Positions 38,897-49,187 of a stretch of DNA of 64,000 bases are shown here, piece after piece. The stretch is from NCBI GenBank assembly GCA_030704615.1, contig CM060733.1:62620001-62684000 (forward strand), read 5' to 3'. Below the pieces are notes generated by a model. It saw nothing but the letters and a program-made list of their open reading frames with translations. It was not told where the DNA came from and did not search any database. The position numbers and the translations under genes are program-made. This DNA comes from Takakia lepidozioides (lineage: Eukaryota > Plantae > Bryophyta). The first letter of the stretch is position 1; every line of letters starts with the position of its first letter.

Positions 38897-39730
38897 AGTC
38901 GCGGATGGTAAAGTACGTGGCCATAGCTGATCCCGCCCTTGGTGCCGACTTTCTGGTGGAGGTGGGGAAGCACTACTCTCGCGCTCTGAAGCCCACGATG
39001 ACATTGGAGAAGCTCCATCGTCTAGCCACATCTTGTGTGGATGCAACAGAAAAGGTGATACATTCTTAACCAAATTGTGGTGGCAACAACTCGTTTTTGT
39101 GGTGTTTGGCGCTTACGAATATGCTGGGTGGTTGGACAGACCCGGTGGCTCCAAATCTGGAATGGTTCCCAAAGTACCAGGGACATGTGGAGCTTCCCCA
39201 AACCGGACAAACTCTCTGACCCCACATTCGACATGTGGATGAACCGCATGACATGGTGGTTTCAGGTACTTCCCCACGCTTCGTTTGGGGCTTCTACTCT
39301 AGTAGGGGGTGGATTCATTGTATTTTTTCAAGAAAGCGATCTGATGGAGAATCTCCACAGGTGACGACGAATGCGCAAGAGCAGCTGGACACACAAGCAC
39401 ATCAGTTCAAGATGGAGATATCTCCTGCAGCAGAGAGCCTACGCGACTATGTGACGAGGTACTTTCTGCTCTACAAAACCAACCTATTCTTTCGGGAGAT
39501 AGCAGATGCTCGCCGGAGCCACGAGTTCACCGACCAGCCGAACGCGGACAAAGCAGCAATGCGCCTTCTGTACAGGTACATACGCGTTGCCTTTCTTTCA
39601 AGTCCTTGCATTTCAGGATGTTAGAGGCCTCATGTGGTGTTAGGGAAAATGGCGCCGAATTTCCAGTCAGGGCTCCGAAAATGGCTAAGTCCCTAGACTG
39701 ACTGGCACTGAACTGGAAATTCGGCACCAT
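38895..39730 (+). mobile_element. MULE family A copy A3, left piece (internal ParB-MTase exons)
   Basis: Near-identical to ~43067-43902. Fused to gypsy RNase H by a deletion with CA microhomology. Confidence 0.92.
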
Positions 39731-40290
39731 GGCAGGTAATTCCGAGCGTATGAAGGTAATTCATCGCTCAGAATTACCTGCAGGAAGGTAATTCATCGAT
39801 CAGAATTACCTGCAGGAAGGTAATTCATCGATCAGAATTACCTGCACGAAGGTAATTCTGAGCGATGAAATACCTGGCGAATGGAAATTCGGCGCCGAAT
39901 ATCCATACGCGAGCGATCCGACTTACCTGCTGGATGAAATTCGGTGCCGGATTTCCATCCATACGGGATTCGAATTACCTGCAGGATGGAAATTCGGCGC
40001 CGGATTTCCATCCATCCGGGATTCCACTTACCTGCTGGATGGAAATTCGGCGCCGGATCTCCATCCATCCGCTCTCCGCCCAACCTTGCGGATGGAAATC
40101 CGGCCCCGGATTTCCATCCATCCGCCTTCGAATTACCTGCTTGAGGGAAATTTGGCGCGCCGCCCTACCTGCGCGGATGGAAATCCGGCGCCGGATTTCC
40201 ATCCATCCGCTTCTGAATTACCTGCTTGAGGGAAATTTCGCGCGCCGCCCTACCTTGCTGGATGGAAATTCGGCGCCGGAATTACCTCTA
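39731..40290. repeat. Central hairpin, 32-bp repeats and palindrome-bearing ~55-bp repeats
   Basis: GAATTACCTGCAGGAAGGTAATTCATCGATCA x3, then GGATGGAAATTCGGCGCCGGATTTCCATCC units. The first ~320 bp are closely similar to 51191-51630. Confidence 0.88.
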
Positions 40291-40524
40291 CGTTGGAAAT
40301 TCCGGGCCTCTTTCCGTCGATTTTCATCCAACATGGAGGGCTTCATCCGACATTTAATTGCGCAGTTGGGCAATAAATGTCCACCGCCGTCGGTTTTCAT
40401 TCGGGCTGGCGACACATGGCTTCCTGGATACGTACCCTAAATCTCATGCTAATCTTGGCTTAACATGCTATTCGAGGCATGTACCCCAAAAACGGAGATC
40501 TTTTTTCCATTTTGGCTGGGACTT

Positions 40525-43500
40525 ATGCCGCCTGAAGGGCGTGGCTCTCCTGAGAGAGACCTCACATCCAGACCGCGGCGGAAGTTGAAAGCTCTGTACT
40601 ACGGACGACGGCCAATCTCTCGCATGGCCAAACTGAAGCTCCAGCAGGAGATTCCAGTGTCTTGCTCACAACCCGCGCCAACTGAAGCCGAGTACTCTCA
40701 GGCAAGCCACTTCTGCTTTCGCTTTGTTCGATTTTTTTTTTGCTTTCGCTTTGTTGCCTCGCTTTGTTTTTGTATCTTCATCCTGGCTTCACTGGATGAG
40801 TGAACTTTAGATAGTTGGGTGAACCTTACATTGTTTGCAATGCGTGTGCAAATCCGGCAGCTGTGGAGAAGGCTGCTTGTGCATGTCATTCTCAGGCAAT
40901 TGTTGCATTTGTTTTCATTGTTGTTGCATGGCTCTCCATACTTCCTAAACTTGTTATGTTTTCATTTTTGTTACACGATTGTTGCTATGGTGGTTGCGAT
41001 GCTGGTTTTGGCACCGATGTTGGTTCTCACGATTTTGGGAATGACAGAGTGACGACGAGCCCGGCACGCTGGTGGTATCATCGACTGCTGCAACTCATCG
41101 CATGTTTGAACCGCCCACCTTGGAGCGAAAGGGCAAACTTCAACCTTTTGTTGGTGGACGGGTGGACCTGCAGCAAGAGTACGACAGAATAGGCATTGGG
41201 GAGGTTGGTGCAGGCCTCATGGCAGGTGAAGGGCGTGAGGAAGTGAGAACAGCAGATCCGGCAATGGAGGTTGTTGATGCAGAAGCAGTAGGGCCCATCC
41301 AAGCAAAGAAGAAGAAGAAAGCCAAGCACGTGCAATCCCCGGCGCGAGAGCCGTCACGGGCTGCGGAGGGGGGAGTTCGCAGTGCGCGCGAGGGTGTCAG
41401 TTCGCCTCAATCAAAGGTGGTCGTCCTGGAGGGCTCCCCTGCTGCTAGCCCTAGTAAGAAACAGAAAGCCCGTGAGAGGGCAAAAGAGAGGGCAAAAGAA
41501 CAGACGAGATAGAATGCTAGCCAGGAGGAAAGAGAAAAGGCCACTGAAGAGGCCAGGGGTGCCCAAATGACAGATGCCAATGTAAGTGAGGGACGCACAG
41601 AGACGGTGGATCCCTCCAAGACACCACAGAGAGGCAGTAACACACCAGTTAGACCATCGCGGGCAAGAGCAGCCCCCGCAATTACCCATACGGTGGAGAG
41701 TGGAGGAGAGGAAAGAACACCAGAAAGAGCACGGATTGTGCAAGTTCGAGGTGAAGCCAGGGAGAGGGCAGTAGAGACGGGGAGAGTGCTGGAGGTGGTT
41801 TCGCAGGTGGCTGACCCTGTTGAGGAGGACGACAGGGAGCTTTTTGACCAAGATGACATCCTCCCGGACATCCCCAGGCCCCAAACATACAGGCTGGATT
41901 TGGCGGTCCTGGTGGGCTGCCGGAAAACCCCTCTGCAGCAGACGTCATGTCGGAGGCGGATATGAAGTTGGCCGCTGCCAAGATGTTGGAGGCAACCCAC
42001 AACAACATTGGCAGGGTGCTGGGGGGCATGGTGTACCCGGCCAAGCTTCGAATTCCCCTTTGCCGCTTGGTGTCATTGCAGGTGGTGAGACCTGCCCTCC
42101 CAGGCGATATCGACAAGCTGAAATTCTCTTTCCGGGATGGATATCGAATGGGGTCAGCCGCGTTTTACGTTTCCATTGAGAACGACCACGGAGCTTCCCG
42201 TGCCCACACTTCCGATGAGGTTGACAAATGGGGTCCCCATTGGCAAACGCGAAATGAGGAATTCGAGAGATCGATTGCTAGTGATCCTCTTTTCCAGCAC
42301 TTGTCCGGTAAGATGTTCTACGTGTGGGACGGCAATCATCGCCTCCTGGCATGGATGGAGCACATTGCCCAAGCCCACCCCAACGACCTCGATTGGCATT
42401 TCGCCGTGGAGTGTGTTGTGCTGAAGGTTGCGGGGCCCAAAGATCGCAGTCTTCTCAAAGCTGTAATGGCGGACATCAACTCGTAAGTTACAACGCCTCT
42501 CGCTTTTGGACTTTGAATTTGGCAGTCATTTCATTGCGAATCCTCATATATGATGAAAATTCCCATTTCAGTATTGTTTGATGGAAATGTTGCACTGCAG
42601 GGTGACTGAGAATGCCTTCATTGCCACCAACTTGTCCCATATGCTCTTCCGAGTGAAGGATGTCGGGAAGCAGGGGGTGCAAGAGTTTGCCAATTCCCTC
42701 AGTACCGACCTCCTGCGCAAGTCGGAGGCAAAGGCAAACAGAACCTGGTATAGGCTGAGCGTCGACGCCATGGTGGACTACATATTTCGGGTAAAGCTCC
42801 TGACTACATATTTGTTGAGCTAATCTGTCTCTCCTCCCCCAATAGAAGAAAAGGTCTTCACCGTGATTTCTAATCTCCTCCCCCAATAGAGAAAAATTGT
42901 GTTGAGCAGGATCTCTAATCTTATGTGCGCATTCTTGAGAGACGAAAATACAGCAGGATTTGGCACATGCGCGGAGGTTCTACATGGAGTCAGAGGAGAA
43001 GAATCCAACCCTCCCGGCACTCGAATCGTATGTCAAAGCTGCGGAGGTGAGGGCCCGCATAAAGTACAAGTCGCGGATGGTAAAGTACGTGGCCATAGCT
43101 GATCCCGCCCTTGGTGCCGACTTTCTGGTGGAGGTGGGGAAGCACTACTCTCGCGCTCTGAAGCCCACGATGACATTGGAGAAGCTCCATCGTCTAGCCA
43201 CATCTTGTGTGGATGCAACAGAAAAGGTGATACATTCTTAACCAAATTGTGGTGGCAACAACTCGTTTTTGTGGTGTTTGGCGCTTACGAATATGCTGGG
43301 TGGTTGGACAGACCCGGTGGCTCCAAATCTGGAATGGTTCCCAAAGTACCAGGGACATGTGGAGCTTCCCCAAACTGGACAAACTCTCTGACCCCACATT
43401 CGACATGTGGATGAACCGCATGACATGGTGGTTTCAGGTACTTCCCCACGCTTCGTTTGGGGCTTCTACTCTAGTAGGGGGTGGATTCTTTGTATTTTTT

Positions 43501-46500
43501 CAAGAAAGCGATCTGATGGAGAATCTCCACAGGTGACGACGAATGCGCAAGAGCAGCTGGACACACAAGCACATCAGTTCAAGATGGAGATATCTCCTGC
43601 AGCAGAGAGCCTACGCGACTATGTGACGAGGTACTTTCTGCTCTACAAAATCAACCTATTCTTTCGGGAGATAGCAGATGCTCGCCGGAGCCACGAGTTC
43701 ACCGACCAGCCGAACGCGGACAAAGCAGCAATGCGCCTTCTGTACAGGTACATACGCGCTGCCTTTCTTTGAAGTCCTTGCATTTCAGGATGTTAGCAGC
43801 CTCATGTGGTGTTAGGGAAAACGGCGCCGAATTTCCAGTCAGGGCTCCGAAAATGGCTAAGTCCCTAGACTGGCTGGCCCTGAACTGGAAATTCGGCGCC
43901 ATTTTCCAGTTCTAGGCCCTATTGCCGTTCAGGGACTTGGCCATTTTCGGGCTAAGTCCCTAGACTGGCTGGCCCTGAACTGGAAATTCGGCACCATTTT
44001 CCAGTTCTAGGCCCTATTGCCGTTCAGGGACAGCCATTTTCGGGCTAAGTCTCTAGACTGGCTGGCCCTGAACTGGAAATTCGGCGCCATTTTCCAGTTC
44101 CAGGCCCTATTGCCGTTCAGGGACTTAGCCATTTTCGGGCTAAGTCCCTAGGGTGGCTGGCCCCGAAGTGGAAATTCGGCGCCATTTTCCAGTTGTAGGC
44201 CCTATTGCCGTTCAGGGACTTAGCCATTTTCGGGCTAAGTCCCTAGACTGGCTGGCCCCGAAGTGGAAATTCGGCGCCATTTTCCAGTTGTAGGCCCTAT
44301 TGCTGTTCAGGGACTTAGCCATTTTCGGGGTAAGTCCCTAGGGTGGCTGGCCCCAAAGTGGAAATTCGGCGCCATTTTCCAGTTGTAGGCCCTATTGCCG
44401 TTCAGGGACTTAGCCATTTTCGGGCTAGATCCCTAGGGTGGCTGGCCCTGAACTGGAAATTCGGCGCCATTTTCCAGTTCTAGGCCCTATTGCCGTTTAG
44501 GGACTTAGCCATTTTCGGGCTAAGTCCCTAGGGTGGCTGGCCCTGAACTGGAAATTCGGCGTCATTTTCCAGTTCTAGGCCCTATTGCCGTTCTGGGACT
44601 TAGCCATCTTCGGGCCAAACCGGGAAAAATGGTGCCGAATTTCCAGTTCAGGGCTCTCAAGATGGCTAAGTCCCTAGGGTGGCAGTAACCGAAAACCGAA
44701 ATTCGGCGCCATTTTTCCATTTCTAGGCCCACTCACATCCGCCCCAACCTGGGAAAATGGTGCCGAATATGCATTTCAGGGACCTCATTGTGTTTTTCAT
44801 GAATGCAGGTACTGCAAGTTCTCCCTTTTGGAGAAAGGTCATCTGTCTTTCGAGCCACCATTCTTCCTGGCATGGAGGAACCCTGGGGCTGACTCCATGT
44901 ACACTGACGATATTGTGAAGGAGTGGCATCTGGAACATTTGCGTGATTGCCCTTGGTATGTGGACCTTCTGCCCGGCTTGCTCGACCCATCCGAGTTTCA
45001 ATTGAAGCTGGATGCTGAATTCCGACGAAACCGGGCTCCGCTGCCTCCGTTGGGTGCAAAAGAGGCAAAAGCGCTTGCAAACTCCAGGAAAGCAGCAGAG
45101 CTTGCTAGGCAGGAATTCAGGAGAAATTGCATGAGAAGAGTAAAGGCCAAAGGAAAAGGACAAGGAAACAGGTGAGTGCAGTAACACCCAAAAAGAAGAA
45201 AACCATCGGGGCAACGGAGGAGGCGCAAGAGGGGACCCAAGAGAGTGACTCGGACGACGACTTTGTTCAAGGTCCTGCGACTGCTGTTGCTCCTACCCAG
45301 TCACCGGTCGTCCGGGTTCCCAAGTCAGTTCGGAGTGGGACTGGCTCTGCCAAGAAGTTGGCATTTGAGGGCGAGCCTACACGGCGGTATTCGGCGGTGA
45401 CGTTTACGCACAGGCCAAAGCTAGAACCTCCAACCATCATCCAATGCGTCAATGAGAGCTTCCTTGACGCTCTCACTGCCAGGGCGAAGAAGGTGGCACA
45501 CAGCAAGTCTCTGGCGGAGCAGAAGGGGAAAGCCAAGAAGAGGGCTGGCGGTACAGAGCCTAAAGACACCCCTGGTTTTGAAGCCATGATGGAATTCTTC
45601 ACGGCTGTGAGCACGAATTGCAAGAGCACTCGGGGGGGGGGGGTTGAGGTGGAGAGAGCTTGCGACATGATTCTCCTCGACATTCCAGATGGGGAGCTGC
45701 TGGAGGGCCTGGATGGTGTGCCCACCTGGAACAGGTTTACTGAGGACTACTGGAAAGCCGGGTTTGGGCTGGCGGGGATGCTTCTGGATGACGGTGGATG
45801 TGTGGTTGTCCTTGCCACGAGAGGGAAGACCACAGAGAATGCGGTGGCAAGGTGGACACCGAAAAGTGTCACCCCGGTCCTCCTCAGAAAATGGTTCTGC
45901 ATCAGTACACAGGGGTTGCGAACAGAGGGCCAAAGTGTAAGTTATCAATCTATTGCATTCACTTCATATTGTGGTGTATGTTAAGTAGACCCTGGAGTTG
46001 ATCCCTTCTTTGTTGGATGTGCAGACAGTGGTGTTTGAGGCATATTGCTTTGTGAAGAGAGGGTCTACATTCAAATTCCGCAACGACGGTCGTCTTGTTG
46101 ATGCCGTTGTGGACCCTGTAACCTACGATGTCCTCTACAACTATGTGCCCCACTCCAGTATGCCGAAGGACACAAAGACAGGCAAACCGTGGCGGTACAG
46201 CCGGACCCGGAGCCCTGCTTTCATCCAAACCCTCATGGAGACGTGCTCGGATGTCCAAGGGCGGATTCTGGACCTCACATGCGGCACGGGTAAGCCTTCA
46301 CGTGCTCAGTTTGTCCCCTGGCCCGATTGCAATTGCATGCCGCAAGCTATTAACCGCCCGCTTTGTTCCTCAGGTGCTTCAATGTGGGCAGGGACATTGT
46401 CCGACAGGCATGTGTTCGCCTTCGAGCCAGATACTGCCCTCCACAACTCGGAACTTGCAGCGGCTGAACGTCTGCCGAAAGAGGAAGAGGCATCCTCGGA

Positions 46501-47161
46501 GGATGAGGAAAAATCCGAGAAGGAGCAGGGGGAGGAAGTTGGGATCGAGGCCGAGGAGCCCCCGGTTTACGAGTGAGTAGTGGCATTGTAAGTTGCCTCC
46601 AAATTTCGTGAGGCACCTCCCTCCGCTCTCTTATTTCATTGAAAACCCTTTCTGGTTGTGCTGGTATTGACATTCTTGAAGTGGATTTGTTCTTATTGTA
46701 GGATGCCAAGTACTGCCGGAGGGACGTCTACACCGGAGTTCATGGGCAGGAGGAACGTGCCTTTTTTTGCCAGGGGGGATTTCATGCCTAGTCCAGAAAG
46801 GGAGTACATCCTTCGTACTTATGCTGCCCGGCTTGCTTCGGTGTCCATTAGGAGGTGTTCCGAACCTAGTCGTGTACAACAGATTTTAGACGAGGCAAGC
46901 CTCAAGAAAATGAAGATGAGGGAGGAGGCAGCAGCTATTAGAGCCCGTCGGGCTCGTAGATTTGTCTTGGATTCTGCTGAGGAAAGTGGGGGAGAAGACG
47001 CAGAAGATTCCCAGGAGGTGAGGTGGACAGTCCCCCAAGGAGAGGACGGGATTTTTGAGAGGCATAGTGGAACTGATGCATCACAGAGCTCGGAGGATGA
47101 GGGGGATGAGGGGGATGAGGAAGAAGGTGGGGCAAGTTCCTCGGAGGGTGTAGGAGAGTAG
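40525..47161 (+). pseudogene. ParB/Srx + beta-class amino-MTase-fold fusion gene, family A copy A2 (~10 exons, ~1,500 aa reconstructed, three visible lesions)
   Basis: Approximate exons: 40525-40701, 41048-42482, 42601-42790, ~42942-43227, ~43312-43437, 43533-43747, 44809-45936, 46025-46289, 46374-46571, 46701-47161. Motifs: DGNHRLLA at 42328-42351; DIPD at 45679-45690; RSPAFIQTLMETCSDVQGRILDLTCGTG|ASMWAGTLSDRHVFAFEPD. Lesions: TAG at 41510, 7-nt deletion at ~41886, 1-nt deletion at ~45106. Confidence 0.9.
43815..44770. repeat. Intronic tandem array, 95-bp unit x ~9, each with GGAAATTCGGCGCCATTTTCC
   Basis: Period 95 bp (43883, 43978...), inside intron 43748-44808. Confidence 0.95.
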
Positions 47162-47382
47162 TGCCCATTCCGGCTATGACAGTTAGAACACACTTGTATA
47201 GACGTGGCTTGCCACAAAATTTGCAATAAAATGTTGCATTTCAAGTCCACTGGTGCCACATTCCAACTTCACATGACCCTATTTCCGTGCCTCCTAACCC
47301 TATTTCCGTGGACTCACAATGGTTTGCTCATGTTTTTTTTTTTTCCGCTCATGCTCATGCCGCTCATGAAATAGCAGCCCCC

Positions 47383-48922
47383 CTAGACGACTGGTAACGT
47401 AGTGGAGTTTCAGCCCAGAGACAGGTTGGTCAGGGTAGAACACCATGGGGAGCTTAGCAGATTGATTGTATGGGAGATGGTAGAGGGTAGAAGTAGAAGT
47501 CAGGGATGGAGATGTGTCCATAGAGAATATTTGGATTATCCAAGAGATGTAGAGGGAAGAACAAGAGCTTACTAAGTATGACGAGTCAAGATAGGCTGTT
47601 GGCTCGAGTACATCCCTCGATTGGAGATGTGTTGATCACCTATGATCATAGCGTATTGCCATACAACAACCCTCAACCTAGATTCTTTCAAATATCACAA
47701 ATTGTTCATAATGGAGACCTTTGTTTTAGAGTTGCTCATGCAGGTGGTAGAATAACAGTCATAATGTGGCTCAGAAATACGGAGAGATGGATCCGAACAG
47801 GGGTAGTGTCTCGAAGAATGACATTAAGTGCTAGGGAAGAGAGCTTTGATGGAGAGAGATGGACCATCAATGATGGCAATCACGACTGATTTCATGTCAT
47901 AAAGGTGAAGTGTGGCAATGACAAGTCCTTTAGGAATTGATGCCCTATTTTACGGGAAGGAGATAGAAGATGTAGCAGACTGGTTAGAAAAATTGCAGCT
48001 AATAGGAGATGTTCGAGATTTGAATGAAGAGAAACTGTTCATAGTGGCAAGATTAAATCTGCAAGGTAAGACAGATGATTGGTATAAGAGACAGAATCCC
48101 AAACCCACCAATTGGGAGGAGTTCCAGGAACCGGTGTTTACAAAATACAGACAGGTGGATCCCACTGAACTAAAAATGAAGTTGGACACTGTGAAACAGG
48201 AAAGTAGGGAAAGAGTGTAGGCATATTACGACCGCATCTCAAAACTGTTCGTCAAGGGAAAAATCTCTGACTTGGAACAAAGAAGAAGATTTCTGAGTGG
48301 GTTGCGGCCCGAGATTTTGCGACTCATGCTGGGTACAAGGTTTGTCAACATTGATGACGTGTTGGAAATTGCCCTACAGGTGGAATGGGGATTGGGAGAG
48401 ATGGGAGAAACCCCTTTGGAACCACTAGAAGGAGAGATACAGGAGCAAAAGGTGACGGATACCCCAATAGACCGACGACTCGATGCATTGAGCATCACCC
48501 TCAAAAAGTATCTTGAAAGAGGAGTTGTTAACCCCGAGAGCTCAGGCAGTAGAACTCCACCTCGTGGACCACGAGTGTGTAATATGTGTCTGCAGGAAGG
48601 GCATATATCTGCTTACTGTCCCACTGTAAAGAACCCTCTAACGTGTGAAAAATGTCACAAGACAGGGCACAGGACTGAGACATGTGGAGTAAGGTGTGGC
48701 TATTGCAAGACACTAGGACACTTCGAGCATAAGTGTAGGGCAAAGCTTGAACAAGGGAGAACATGAATGCCTACTACGAATCTATTGGAGATGATGTGCA
48801 GTGATGAAGAGGCGGTACTAGCGGAGTTGAACGAAATCCTGGGACCTGAATCTGTCAATGAAGTGAGACTACCGAAGAATCGAATTCCACTACTGATGAG
48901 CCCTGAGCGCGCGCGGTCAAGG
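47383..48922 (+). mobile_element. Ty3/gypsy 5' internal region: upstream ORFs and gag with three CCHC knuckles (inverted relative to its pol)
   Basis: Gag 47918-48766: FYGKEIEDVADWLEKL...W.EF..F..KY; knuckles CNMCLQEGHISAYC, CEKCHKTGHRTETC, CGYCKTLGHFEHKC. In-frame TAG at 48218. Confidence 0.88.
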
Positions 48923-49187
48923 TGACGGCATATTAGTCTAGGGGGGTCGTGGTAAGTTGCGGTGTAGGTTGGGCTCACTGAACCGCCTACCCAACTGTGG
49001 TTAGTGCAGGGGGTCCGTGGTCGTACATGGTGGCTATGATCACTATCTAAGTCCTACTGGCAAAGAGAAATCACGTACTCCTCTTCACACGGCGAGTTTG
49101 CGTTTCTAAGTCCTACAGTATCCTACAATCTATTTAGTAATTGCCTTCCAAGTCTTTGTGTTTTATTGTCTAATTCCTACCGCCTAG
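48923..49187. mobile_element. Possible LTR fragment of another retroelement
   Basis: Abrupt switch from coding-like sequence to non-coding TGACGGCATATTAG...; truncated by the MULE terminus. Confidence 0.35.

Larger units (their letters stand above)
39731..47382 (+). mobile_element. MULE family A copy A2, ParB-MTase arm
   Basis: Central repeats, complete ParB-MTase gene, and terminus ...GCTCATGAAATAGCAGCCCCC (47382) followed by TSD CTAGACGAC (47383-47391). Confidence 0.93.

Noticed and set aside
38354-39073. 239-aa ORF as a novel RNase H fusion protein
   Set aside because: It is a chance read-through of antisense MULE sequence into gypsy RNase H across the deletion junction at ~38895.
40525-47161. 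Bacterial or phage contamination as the source of the ParB-MTase
   Set aside because: The gene has ~9 spliceosomal introns with positions shared between families, and it lies in TSD-bounded elements nested with plant retrotransposons.
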